The position numbers and the translations under genes are program-made. A stretch of 64,000 nt of DNA from Candidatus Sulfomarinibacteraceae bacterium (GTDB lineage: Bacteria; Acidobacteriota; Thermoanaerobaculia; Thermoanaerobaculales; Sulfomarinibacteraceae): contig CAWCLO010000006.1 of NCBI GenBank assembly GCA_963796455.1, positions 64,001 to 128,000 of the forward strand, in the 5' to 3' direction. Positions 54,842-64,000 of the stretch are shown here, piece after piece; the first letter of the stretch is position 1, and the number at the start of each line of letters is the position of its first letter. The notes under the pieces are model-generated. The model saw nothing but the letters and a program-made list of their open reading frames with translations, did no database searches and had not been told where the DNA came from.

Positions 54842-56212
54842 TCAGAATATGTAGCCGAGGTTGAGGTTGATCCGGTCGACTCCGGTGCCGGCGCGGTTGT
54901 CGACATCCTGGTATTCGAATTTGACAATGAGTTGTTCGATGGGCTGATAGGCGATGCCAACGCCAAGGATCTCCTCGTCGGTCGCTGGATTCGACTCCCA
55001 CCCTTCTGGGACCGTCTCCTGCGTATTGACCTGTTCCCATCGAATATAGGGAGTAAGCGACGATCGACCACTCCTCCTCGAGAAAAGGTCATACCCGGCC
55101 TCGAGGTAGTAGCCGACCATGCTTTCTCCCACTGATTTATCTCCCTCCAGACCCGAGGCCTGGTTGAGCTCCGCCACATCGCCGAGGTCGGATCTCGCAT
55201 AGAGGGCACGCAGCTGCAGACCCCGGATCTTGTAGTCCACGTGTCCCTCCAGGATCGTCGTCGAAACATCAATTGCGGCGCCATCGGTTGAGGTGAGTCC
55301 CTGACCCGAGTCGCCGGTATACAAGGATGCGCCCAGAAGCAGTCCGGGCGTCCCCTGGTAGTCGACGCGGCCGACCCATGCAAAATCCTCAGCCTTGGCC
55401 TTGGAGCCCTTCTGCCGTCCGCCCCGTAGCCCGGCCGCCGAAAAACCCGATGCATCGAGGCCATTCACGACAAAAGTCCGGTAGGTAAAACCGCCAAAGT
55501 CCCCAAAGACGCCGACTCCGTTTTCCCGCCACGTGCTCGGAATGATCCGCCGTTCCGTCTCCGGTCGAAGAGCGCCCAAAAATGTCGTCGGCTCGTGCAA
55601 TTCATTGATCAGACCCATCGGCACCAGAACCAGACCGGCGCGCACGTTGAAAGCATCCGAGTGGAGGTAGTCGACGTATGCAAATTCGACCGATACCGAA
55701 CCATCCTGGGAGGTCGAAGCATGCTCGAATTCGATCTCTGAATTGAATACGAAAGAATCCGAAAACTTGTAGCCGAAATAGATGACGGCACGGAGAAAAT
55801 CGAACTGATCCGTCTTGCCGGAGTCGGTACCGTCGTCCTTTTTTGAGTCGTAGGACTGCAGGAGCATCTCGCCATAGCCGCCAATCGACAGACCCGACTC
55901 CTTGCTGTAGACCTTGGCCGCCGCCGGGCCCAGTCCGGGCATGGCGTTCTCGCGGGAAGCGGTAACGACGGCATCACCGACCTTGAGATTCTCGACTTCT
56001 TCCGCCAGGATTCCGATTTGCCGCTCGATCTCGGTCAGCCTCTGATCGGCAGGCGCCTCCTCTTTGAGTTCCCCCAGAGCCGCCCGAAGCTCTGCGATCT
56101 CGCGCTCCAGACGTTCGATCTTTTCATCCGGGGTTTCCGCCGCCGCAGCGACGGGCACCACCAGCAACAGCAGGACAATCACCGTCCATCTATTCAGGAT
56201 TCCACATCTCAT
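54842..56212 (-). CDS. Outer-membrane beta-barrel porin with N-terminal coiled coil
   Basis: Signal peptide; SIGGYGE, FNSEIEFEH, EFAYVDY, NELHEPT, IIPSTWRENG; C-terminal LGYIF. Confidence 0.85.
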   Translation of the reverse strand: MRCGILNRWTVIVLLLLVVPVAAAAETPDEKIERLEREIAELRAALGELKEEAPADQRLTEIERQIGILAEEVENLKVGDAVVTASRENAMPGLGPAAAKVYSKESGLSIGGYGEMLLQSYDSKKDDGTDSGKTDQFDFLRAVIYFGYKFSDSFVFNSEIEFEHASTSQDGSVSVEFAYVDYLHSDAFNVRAGLVLVPMGLINELHEPTTFLGALRPETERRIIPSTWRENGVGVFGDFGGFTYRTFVVNGLDASGFSAAGLRGGRQKGSKAKAEDFAWVGRVDYQGTPGLLLGASLYTGDSGQGLTSTDGAAIDVSTTILEGHVDYKIRGLQLRALYARSDLGDVAELNQASGLEGDKSVGESMVGYYLEAGYDLFSRRSGRSSLTPYIRWEQVNTQETVPEGWESNPATDEEILGVGIAYQPIEQLIVKFEYQDVDNRAGTGVDRINLNLGYIF

Positions 56213-56256
56213 CTCAAGCTCCTCAAACCGGTAATCCGGTTATTATTTGCTCACAC

Positions 56257-57426
56257 TCAATTCGATTGTTCGAAGCTTTCTGACCGCTCTGGATCGACGC
56301 CATCGGCGGTTCGCAGCCAGTCAACCGATCGACCTCCAAGAGCCTGTAGCCTGTCCACCAGACCCGAGGTTGCCGAAATCCGGAGGTCACCGGCACGCCG
56401 TTCCACAAATACAGCCTGGATATCGGGATACCGAAGGATCCACTCGGCGCCCACTCGAGGGCCCATCACATATAGCGCCGTTGAAATACAATCCGCCGTC
56501 ATTGGGTCGGAAGAGATCACCGTCACCGAACCCCAGTCAACAACGGGAACACCGGTTCTGGGATCGAGAATATGGCCAAGGCGCTCGCCATCGACAAGGA
56601 TTCCGCGGAGGGAGTTTCCCGAGCTCGCGGCCGTCCCCTCTGCCAACTTGATTTCGGCGACCGGGACCTGACGATCTCTGGGATCCGCCACCGCAATTGA
56701 AACCGGCTGGCACTCTCCCCACAAAAAAACCTGACCTCCAAAATCCATGACTGCGCAGGATGCTGCGGCAAACCGGACGGCCTCGATCGTATCGACTAGG
56801 GCCGCTCCTTTTCCGAATCCACCTTCTTCGATTCGATAATCACTTCGTATACGACGTGTTCTTCGGCCTACAATCTCGATTCCGTCCGGCAACGATGCCG
56901 AGACGCCTATGCGAAGTTCATCAGGCGAGGGAACCCTCCCCTGTCCGCGGAGATCCCACATCTCGACCAGCATCGCGATACCCGGCCGGAAAGCACCGTC
57001 CGATCGTCGTTCCCAGCGGGCGGCCTCCGCGAGATCTCTCGCCAATGACGCGGACAGTTCTGCCCATTCCCCAGTTCGAAATTGATTCAATCCGGTCAAC
57101 TCCGAGTCGTCGCGCCAGGTCGACAATCGCCGTTCAGCATCCTCGACCGTTCGCAGCACGGACTCCGACGCAGCGAGAGCGCCTGAACGGGTGGGAGCCT
57201 CGATGCGCAGATCGAGCCAGGTTCCCATCACGAAGTGACGGCGATGGACGGTCTCGGGATCGGCAGATTCTGCAAAATTCACCCCTAAGGTGGCGGTCAA
57301 CATGGAAATGATCCAGATATTGAATCCACGTCTCGGATGTTCGACAAGGCCCTTGGAGGGCCGACAGTGAGCGTAGTCCATGGTTTTTCTCGGAGGTTCA
57401 CGAATTTCACTTGTGTTCATTTGCAC
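56257..57426 (-). CDS. apbE: FAD:protein FMN transferase
   Basis: VMGT, LSTWRDDSEL, GGFGKG, DFGG, ASSG, HILDPRTG, ADCISTALYVMG. True start is probably downstream of 57426. Confidence 0.88.
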   Translation of the reverse strand: MQMNTSEIREPPRKTMDYAHCRPSKGLVEHPRRGFNIWIISMLTATLGVNFAESADPETVHRRHFVMGTWLDLRIEAPTRSGALAASESVLRTVEDAERRLSTWRDDSELTGLNQFRTGEWAELSASLARDLAEAARWERRSDGAFRPGIAMLVEMWDLRGQGRVPSPDELRIGVSASLPDGIEIVGRRTRRIRSDYRIEEGGFGKGAALVDTIEAVRFAAASCAVMDFGGQVFLWGECQPVSIAVADPRDRQVPVAEIKLAEGTAASSGNSLRGILVDGERLGHILDPRTGVPVVDWGSVTVISSDPMTADCISTALYVMGPRVGAEWILRYPDIQAVFVERRAGDLRISATSGLVDRLQALGGRSVDWLRTADGVDPERSESFEQSN

Positions 57427-57437
57427 AAGTGAGAGAG

Positions 57438-57466
57438 AGACTAGCGACCTCTCGACATACTGTCAA
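57438..57466 (-). promoter_or_regulatory. Sigma70-type promoter of the apbE cluster
   Basis: TTGACA-N17-TAGTCT. Confidence 0.65.
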
Positions 57467-57623
57467 TATCGCCTCTCGAAATCGCCATCGGCATTACGAA
57501 AATCAATTCGTTTGAATTCTCAAGGCCCTTGGCTGGCGATAAATACACCAACAATTTTCCGGTGGAATGCAACCTCGGGCGTCAATACGCCAAACAAGAA
57601 GTAAAAGTCGAAGGAGCCGAAAG

Positions 57624-58745
57624 CTACTCGGGAGTCGCCTGACGCCGTTTCATGGCGTACATCCGTTCATCGGCCTCGGCCAACGCACGAGAGATATCGG
57701 CCGGCGCGGCACATGAAGAGACTCCCCAGTGCACACCCAGAGGCTCTTCATAGGGAAAAGCCTCAGTGCTCTCTTGGAGTTCGCCGATGAGAGTGGTGAA
57801 ACGCCGTTGCGCCTGCTCGTGACCGGTGCCGCGGAGCACCACCACGAACTCGTCTCCACCCCACCGCACCACCAGGTCTCCCGGCCGAATCGAGGACGAG
57901 AGAACATTCGCAACCAATCGGAGCGCTTCGTCGCCCACCGCCTGACCGTGCCGGCTGTTGATTCGTTTGAGGCCGTCGACATCGATCAGGACCACCGACA
58001 CCGGCTGGCCGCCTTCCCAGCGATCAAACCACGCCCGTAGGGCCTGGCGCGTGGGACAACCGGTCAGCGGGTCGGTTTCCGCCAGTCGCAGGAGATGCTC
58101 GTGCTCATCCTCGAGATCCGCCAACTGGGCCTTCATTGACGAGGCCTCCGATGCAACGGTTCGCGTCACGGTCGCGGTCGCGGTCAGAGCCAAGGCCGCG
58201 AAAAGGAGGACCGAGATCAGCGGGTCGTAGCTGAGCCCGATCGTAGGTCGAAGGACTCCGACCAGAAGTACCAACCCGGTTGCCACGAGGAACGCAGATG
58301 CAGCGGTGAATGCCGACCGGGGGGAACGTCCTCGAGATACGGCGGCCAGCCAGATCGCGATCCCGAGCAGCAGACACCCGTAGAGCGCTCGCCACAGTGG
58401 AACCGGCAGAAAGACCGCAGCAGCAAGCAACGGCAAGCCGGCCAGAGCCAGAGTCACGGCCCGCTGCCCTCCCTTTTCGTCATCAATCAGATCCAGAACA
58501 CGTACCAGCACGAGGAGTCCGATCGCGATCAAGGCGCCGCCCATCCCGTGCGGAGTTCCCGACCACCGCAGACCGGCCGTGATGTCGAGGCCGGCGCCCC
58601 CTGCAATCAGCAGCCAGGCAATTGCCGGCACAAAGCCGTGCGGGTCCGGCAGCACCCGATTGAGATATCCGAAAATGAGGGCCGTTGTCAGACCCAGCCC
58701 GACCACGCCAGCGAGCGCCCACCACACCATGGTCGCGTTCAGCAC
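57624..58745 (-). CDS. Membrane-bound diguanylate cyclase
   Basis: About 7 TM segments, then TDPLTG, IDVDGLKRINSRHG..GD, RWGGDEF, ADERMY. GTG start behind GGAGG. Confidence 0.88.
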   Translation of the reverse strand: MLNATMVWWALAGVVGLGLTTALIFGYLNRVLPDPHGFVPAIAWLLIAGGAGLDITAGLRWSGTPHGMGGALIAIGLLVLVRVLDLIDDEKGGQRAVTLALAGLPLLAAAVFLPVPLWRALYGCLLLGIAIWLAAVSRGRSPRSAFTAASAFLVATGLVLLVGVLRPTIGLSYDPLISVLLFAALALTATATVTRTVASEASSMKAQLADLEDEHEHLLRLAETDPLTGCPTRQALRAWFDRWEGGQPVSVVLIDVDGLKRINSRHGQAVGDEALRLVANVLSSSIRPGDLVVRWGGDEFVVVLRGTGHEQAQRRFTTLIGELQESTEAFPYEEPLGVHWGVSSCAAPADISRALAEADERMYAMKRRQATPE

Positions 58746-58877
58746 GAGTTCCCCTCCAAATACCGGCACCAGAGACTCCACGGTGATTATGGCAGAGAAT
58801 GCCGCGAAGGGGGAAAGGGAGATCGATCGCTCGATGCTCGATGCTGGATGGCGGATTCTGGATTCCGATCCAGGATG

Positions 58878-59338
58878 GCAGAGGGGCACGGGGGCGGAGG
58901 GGCAGAGGAGCGCTCGGCATCTTCGCTATCGCTATCGGGATCGCTATCGCTATCGAACGGCTGCGGTGGATACGGACCCCGAAATATGGAAAGGGAAAAC
59001 CGCCCGGCACCGATTTCTCCTCGATGTGAATGTCGCCGCCCGATGTCATCCTGAGCGGAGCCCCCCTTGGGGCGCAGTCGAAGGATCTATGGCGCACCAG
59101 CGGAGACCCAAGGCCGCAGATCCTTCGACTCCGCGCCGAAGGCGCTTCGCTCAGGATGACATCTTGAACGACAGTGCCGATCCCGTTGCCGTCACCGTTT
59201 CCGAAGGGAGAAAGGGGGAAAGGGGGAACAAGCCTCCACATTGCAGAGGGGCACGGGGGCGGAGGGGCAGAGGAGCGCTCGGCATCTTCGCTATCGCTAT
59301 CGGGATCGCTATCGCTATCGAACGGCTGCGGTGGATAC
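58878..59338. repeat. Two identical 96-bp direct repeats enclosing a 122-bp palindromic element
   Basis: 58878-58973 is identical to 59243-59338. Nested inverted repeats: gatgtcatcctgagcg/cgctcaggatgacatc (59042-59163) and agtcgaaggatct/agatccttcgact. Confidence 0.9.
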
Positions 59339-59415
59339 CGATCCCGAAAGGGAGAAAGGGAGAAAGGGAGAGGGAGACCGTACCAGAAGCGATCCACGTG
59401 ATAAGGAGCGGGTGT

Positions 59416-59527
59416 CCTCTGCTCCTCTGTCTCTGCCCCTCTGCCCCTCTGCCCCTCTGCTCCTCTGCTCCTCTGCTCCTCTGCTCCTCTGCTCCTCTGC
59501 TCCTCTGCTCCTCTGCTCCTCTGCTCC
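59416..59527. repeat. Octamer VNTR (cctctgct)n, about 14 units
   Basis: Directly visible tandem array with a few cctctgcc variants. Confidence 0.95.
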
Positions 59528-59538
59528 CTTTCGATTCG

Positions 59539-60336
59539 TCAGCTCACTTCAGCGAGGAACTCCAAGCACAACTCGACGACTCGTTCCGGCTGCTCGACGA
59601 CGACGGCGTGGCCGGCGCCGGCAATGACCTCGAAACGGGCGCCGGAAATCGCATCGGCAAAACCGCGTACTCGATCGACTGATACGAAACCGTCGAGTTC
59701 GGCCGCCACGACCATGGCAGGACACTTGATGGCGGCCAGTTCGTCACCCAGGCGCACGGATTGAGCGGTATCGAGCAGACCGATCAGACCCCGGAACCAC
59801 TCGTCGGGCAAGGAGGCGATCTGGGCCCGCCGCACCACCCGTTCAGTGGAGTGGGCGGCTACATACGCCGGCGAGTAGACCACCGGTTCCAAAATGTCGG
59901 ACAGGTGGCCGCGGTCGTCTCCTTCGAGCGAATCGACGGCGGCCTGACGCCAACGCGCGACCTCGATTGCAAGCCCTTCATCAAAGCCTTCGGCCGATGC
60001 AATGGTGGCCAGCGAACGAACCCGGTCCGGGTGGCGGGAAGCGACCAGGGTCCCGACGACACCGCCAAAGGAGGTGCCGATAATGTGGACCGATTCGAGG
60101 CCGAGTTGATCCAGCAGCACGACCACATCGTCCGCGTGGTCAATGAGATCCGGGGGTGGGGTCGCGGGCATCATCAGCTGGCCCCTGAAGTCGCATCGAA
60201 TGACCCTATAGCGCCGGGCGAGCGGCGCCACGATATGTTCCCAGGACGGCACGGTCATGGCGACGCCGTTGAGCAGAACCACGGGTTCCCCGTCGCCGTT
60301 GATGCGATGAAAGAGGACCGCGGCCGACTCGCTCAC
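59539..60336 (-). CDS. Alpha/beta hydrolase
   Basis: LLNG, DFRGQ, GTSFGG nucleophile elbow, GAGHAVVVEQP. Confidence 0.88.
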   Translation of the reverse strand: MSESAAVLFHRINGDGEPVVLLNGVAMTVPSWEHIVAPLARRYRVIRCDFRGQLMMPATPPPDLIDHADDVVVLLDQLGLESVHIIGTSFGGVVGTLVASRHPDRVRSLATIASAEGFDEGLAIEVARWRQAAVDSLEGDDRGHLSDILEPVVYSPAYVAAHSTERVVRRAQIASLPDEWFRGLIGLLDTAQSVRLGDELAAIKCPAMVVAAELDGFVSVDRVRGFADAISGARFEVIAGAGHAVVVEQPERVVELCLEFLAEVS

Positions 60337-61223
60337 GCAGGTTCCTCCCCGGTCGGCATCTCGAAATCGATCGACCCGGCCTTCATGAAGGCCTTCAGGG
60401 CCGGGAAGAAAACATCGGGACGTTCGATGTAGACCACGTGGCCGCTTTCGGGCACCAGTTCGTAGCGGCTGTTAGGAAAGATCTCGGCCAGTTTTTCCTG
60501 CTGCCAGAGCGGGATCGCCCGGTCGTGGGCGCCGGCCATGATGAGAGTCGGAGCCGTGACCTTGCGGTATCCCTCGACCCGTTCTTCGATATTCGCAAAG
60601 AATGGATCCTGGGCCTCGGTGAGCCGGATCAGACAGTAGCGATAGTCGATGTATCGGTCATAGAATCGCTGCCGCATGGCCACCAACTGCTCATCGGGGA
60701 TGTTTTTGACAAAGCGCTCGGAGAAGATCTTCTCGTACATATAGTGGGTATAAAGCTCGAACTCACCCTTGGTACCGCGATAAAACCGTAGAGAAATATC
60801 CTGGTACATCTGGAAGAGCTTTTCGCGGCTGGCCAGAATCCCCGACAAGACCAGCGTGTGGACCCGCTCCGGGTAAAGTCGCGCGAATTCAAGGGCGATA
60901 AAGCCACCATAGGATATCCCCATTGGGTGGACCTTCTCGATACCGAGCTCATCCATGATCAGCGCAAGGTACCGCGCGAGCCCGTCGATGAAGTACGGAA
61001 CATCCTCCTTCGAGGACTCTCCCTGACCAAGGAAATCGTAGAGGATCACATCGTAGTCATCGACCAGCAGCGGCAGGAAGCCGTACCACGCCTTGGTGTG
61101 CATCGCGAGCCCGTTGAGCAGGCAAATCGCTTCGCGGTCGCCCGTGCCGTGGTACTCCCACCAGATCTTCTGACCGTCGACTTCCAGGTGACCGCTGCGG
61201 TCCGGGATGATTTCGGCTTTCAT
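60333..61223 (-). CDS. Alpha/beta hydrolase
   Basis: LLNG, YDFLGQGES, GISYGG, SGHVVYIERP. Confidence 0.9.
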   Translation of the reverse strand: MKAEIIPDRSGHLEVDGQKIWWEYHGTGDREAICLLNGLAMHTKAWYGFLPLLVDDYDVILYDFLGQGESSKEDVPYFIDGLARYLALIMDELGIEKVHPMGISYGGFIALEFARLYPERVHTLVLSGILASREKLFQMYQDISLRFYRGTKGEFELYTHYMYEKIFSERFVKNIPDEQLVAMRQRFYDRYIDYRYCLIRLTEAQDPFFANIEERVEGYRKVTAPTLIMAGAHDRAIPLWQQEKLAEIFPNSRYELVPESGHVVYIERPDVFFPALKAFMKAGSIDFEMPTGEEPA

Positions 61224-61233
61224 GGTTCCCCCA

Positions 61234-61338
61234 ATTCGAGAGTTCGGAGTTAGGAGTTCGGAGATTCCAACCGCCCATCCAAGAAAAATCCGGGTCGGGA
61301 GCGAGAACTCAGAATTCCGAATTCAAAACTCCGAACTC
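61234..61338. repeat. Degenerate opposed heptamer runs
   Basis: attcgagagttcggagttaggagttcgg ... aactcagaattccgaattcaaaactccgaactc. Confidence 0.7.
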
Positions 61339-62566
61339 AGTCGACGCGGTTCTCAGCACGGTGAGAAACTGAGCTTGCGCAGATCGGTCCACCGATATTG
61401 AAGGTCGCAGCCATCTTCGGGTCGGGGACCTGCAACTCGGCCGGCACCTTGCCCTGCAACTGCCAGGCCGCCCAGCCGATCATGGCCACACCCGTCGCAC
61501 CGACCGGATGCCCCTTTGCAATCAGACCGCCCGAGGTGTTGATGCCGCATTCACCCTTGGCGTCGGCCTTGCCGTCGGCCCAGTAGCGCGCTCCCTCACC
61601 GTAACCGGCTTTGCCGATCACCTCGGCACCGATCGCGCCCATGACGGTGAAACAATCGTGGATCTCGGCCACATTGACATCCTCAGGGCCCGCCCCCGCC
61701 ATCTCGTAGGCCGCATTCATCGCGGCAAAGGCTCCTGCCGGTTTCAGAATGTCGCGCCCTTCCTTGAGCAGGGGATCGGTCGCCTGACCCCAGCCGGCGA
61801 TCTCCACACAATCGGCCTTGCTGATGCCGAGCTTGGCGAGACCCTCTTCGGTCGCCACGATCAGACCGGCATAGCCGTCACTGATCTGCGAACAATCGTA
61901 GGTCTTGAGCGGCAGACCTTCGACGATGTAACGGTTGCGGCCTTCCGGGGTCGCGGCCTCATCCACCGACACCTCGATCTTCTGCATCTGGGCGTAGGGG
62001 TTGTAGGTCGAGTTGGCATACTCCCGAGACGAGATTTCGGCGAAATCCCGTTCGGTGGCGCCGTGCGCCGCCATGTAGTCGCGCATGACCTCCGCAAAGA
62101 GGTGGGGGAAGATGTAGACCTTGCCCTCGCGCTCATCCGGGTGCGAAAAATACCCGAGCACTTCGCCGATCAGCGCGCCGTCCATCTTGCCCTCGTCGTT
62201 GCGCATTTTCTCGACGCCAACCGCCATGCCCACGTCACCCAGCCCCATCTGAAGCTTGCCGATCACGGAGAGCACAGCTTGACCACCGGTAGCGCAGGCA
62301 TTTTCGACCGCTTCGATGGGTTTGGCCTCGAGACCGGGGACCATGGCGACAAGACCTGCCAGCAATCCCTGCTGATTCAAGGAAAAATTGCAGGTCGCGC
62401 CCACCGATGCGACGTCGATGGCGGCCGCTTCGGCACCGATCTCGGCGCAGGTTTCATTGACTGTCGCAGCAATGATCTCGGGCACCGACATGTCGAAGAG
62501 CTTGCCGAATTTGGATTGATGATACGCAGCGATATAGACTTTTTTCACACGACCTCCTGATGTCAT
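61337..62566 (-). CDS. Thiolase-family protein (SCP2/type-2-like)
   Basis: VENACATGG, DCSQISDG, AEIHDCF, NTSGGLIAKGHPVGATG, FNIGG. The C-terminus is possibly frameshifted. Confidence 0.88.
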   Translation of the reverse strand: MTSGGRVKKVYIAAYHQSKFGKLFDMSVPEIIAATVNETCAEIGAEAAAIDVASVGATCNFSLNQQGLLAGLVAMVPGLEAKPIEAVENACATGGQAVLSVIGKLQMGLGDVGMAVGVEKMRNDEGKMDGALIGEVLGYFSHPDEREGKVYIFPHLFAEVMRDYMAAHGATERDFAEISSREYANSTYNPYAQMQKIEVSVDEAATPEGRNRYIVEGLPLKTYDCSQISDGYAGLIVATEEGLAKLGISKADCVEIAGWGQATDPLLKEGRDILKPAGAFAAMNAAYEMAGAGPEDVNVAEIHDCFTVMGAIGAEVIGKAGYGEGARYWADGKADAKGECGINTSGGLIAKGHPVGATGVAMIGWAAWQLQGKVPAELQVPDPKMAATFNIGGPICASSVSHRAENRVD

Positions 62567-62617
62567 CCGATCCCGTTCCCGTTCCCACTCCCGAAATCGG
62601 GGGCCGGGCGGGCATTC

Positions 62618-64000
62618 CTAATTCTTCTTTTCTTTCTCCCAGAGCTCCACCAGCTCCCCTTTGACTACTTTGCCGTAGGCCGTCCTGGGTAACTCATCCA
62701 CCACCCGAAACTGTTTGGGAATCTTGTATCGTGCCAACCGCCCGGCCATGAACGAGCCGAGATCTTCGGCAGTCACCGCTTGCTCTGCAGCCGGTACGAC
62801 GAAGGCGATTCCCACCTCGCCCCAGGTCTCGTGTGGCACCCCGACGACCGCGGCATCCGAGAGCGCCGGGTGTTGAAGCAGGCTGTTTTCGATCTCCGCC
62901 GGGTAGACGTTGACCCCACCGGAGATGAACATGTCCTTGGCGCGTCCGGCGATGTAATAAAAGCCGTCGCTATCCCGGCAGGCCATGTCGCCGGTATGGA
63001 ACCAGCCGTTCTTGTCGCGGGCCTGGGCGGTCGCCTGCGGGTTGTTCCAGTACCCCGCGCTCACATGCGGACCGCGAAAACACAATTCACCGACGTCGTC
63101 CGGAGGCATTTCTTTTCCGTCGGGGTCCATCACCCTGGCTTCGGTGAACATCAACGGTTTTCCGATTGCCCCGGCCTTGACCCACGCCTCCTCGTCCGTC
63201 ATGGAAAAACAATTCACCCCGACTTCGGTCAAACCGTAGCCCTGGCGCATGACGACACCCCGGTCGCGAAAAACGCCAACCAGGTGGCGCGGCAGCGGTG
63301 CGCCGCCGGAGATAAACCACCGCACATGACTGAGATCCGCGGTCGCGAACTCCGGCGCATCCGCCAGCATCTTCCAAATTGTGGGCACACCGAGCACGAC
63401 CGTGCAACCTTCGTCCACGATCATCTTCCAGACCTCTGACGGGTCGAATTCGCGGTGCAGGATGATGGTGCCGCCGGCGAGAAAGATCGGTGACAGAAAA
63501 GCACCCAGACCCCCGGCGTGATAGAGCGGAGTGAAGATCGGGCTGACGTCGTTTTCTGAAAGTTGCCAGCAGGCAACCGTGTTATAGGCGTTCCAGGCCA
63601 CCATTCGGTGGGGTGTGATGACTCCCTTTGGTTTGCCGGTTGTGCCCGAAGTGTAGAGCAGGCAGAGTGGGTCATCGGGGCAACAGACGCTCGGGACGAA
63701 GTCTCCGTCTCCAACCAAAGCCAGAAGATCCGACCACGACAGGGACTCGCTCAGCTCATCTCCGTCGAGGGAGACCAGACGGCCGGTATCCACCCTCTGA
63801 TGGAGTTCGCCCACGGTCTCGGCGTGTTCCGCCCCATAGAGCAGGGCCGAGAGGCCGCAATCTTCGATGATGACCGCCAATTCCGCAGATGTCAGCCGCG
63901 TCCCGAGCGGTACCAGAATGACCCCCGATTTGGCCGCGGCAAAAAACGCATCAACATATTCCAGCCGATTGCTCGACAAGATCCCGATCCGGTCACCCCG
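62618..64000 (-). CDS. Acyl-CoA synthetase (AMP-forming, MenE/FadD-like), 5'-truncated by the window edge
   Basis: YTSGTTGKPKG, QGYGLTE, WFHTGD, GR.KDMFISGG.NVYPAEIE, LPRTAYGKV. Confidence 0.92.
   Translation of the reverse strand, partial: RGDRIGILSSNRLEYVDAFFAAAKSGVILVPLGTRLTSAELAVIIEDCGLSALLYGAEHAETVGELHQRVDTGRLVSLDGDELSESLSWSDLLALVGDGDFVPSVCCPDDPLCLLYTSGTTGKPKGVITPHRMVAWNAYNTVACWQLSENDVSPIFTPLYHAGGLGAFLSPIFLAGGTIILHREFDPSEVWKMIVDEGCTVVLGVPTIWKMLADAPEFATADLSHVRWFISGGAPLPRHLVGVFRDRGVVMRQGYGLTEVGVNCFSMTDEEAWVKAGAIGKPLMFTEARVMDPDGKEMPPDDVGELCFRGPHVSAGYWNNPQATAQARDKNGWFHTGDMACRDSDGFYYIAGRAKDMFISGGVNVYPAEIENSLLQHPALSDAAVVGVPHETWGEVGIAFVVPAAEQAVTAEDLGSFMAGRLARYKIPKQFRVVDELPRTAYGKVVKGELVELWEKEKKN

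Noticed and set aside
58878..59338. CRISPR array
   Set aside because: Only two 96-bp repeats with a 269-bp spacer, and no cas genes. The heptamer and octamer arrays have no spacers.
58483..59682. ORFs 58483-59397 (-) and 58579-59682 (+)
   Set aside because: Low-complexity translations of the repeat locus (DSDSD, IAIAI, SSAPLLLC) that overlap the GGDEF gene.

Overview
GC-rich bacterial chromosomal window with no rRNA, tRNA, CRISPR or transposase detected. Gene content tentatively suggests a diderm anaerobe such as an Acidobacteriota member, but this is unverified. In order it holds: a methionine/aspartate-pathway operon (metY-metX-ask-asd, minus strand); a TonB receptor/ECF sigma/FecR signalling trio; an ArnT-like transferase; two tandem heavy-metal RND efflux operons (cus-like and czc-like) with a remnant of a third permease between them; a large internally duplicated CPBP protease; a tetraheme cytochrome c-NrfC-NrfD module (NrfC doubly frameshifted); a complete his operon with HisC-HAD and HisA-HisIE fusions; two convergent arsenic operons; an ApbE/porin/FMN-binding/membrane-protein flavinylation cluster; a GGDEF protein; and an acyl-CoA ligase/thiolase/hydrolase cluster. 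The most notable signals are RNA-level and too short for the ORF track. (1) A complete ribosome-dependent attenuator with a Met-rich leader peptide ([28 protein letters not shown]) and 1:2, 2:3 and 3:4 hairpins precedes the met operon. (2) A parallel His5 leader attenuator precedes the his operon. (3) A Cys-rich exported leader ORF precedes each metal-efflux operon, and its last codons can base-pair with the start region of the downstream tolC-family gene. Intergenic DNA is rich in REP-like palindromes and 6-9 bp tandem repeats, some of which are translated in frame within proteins.
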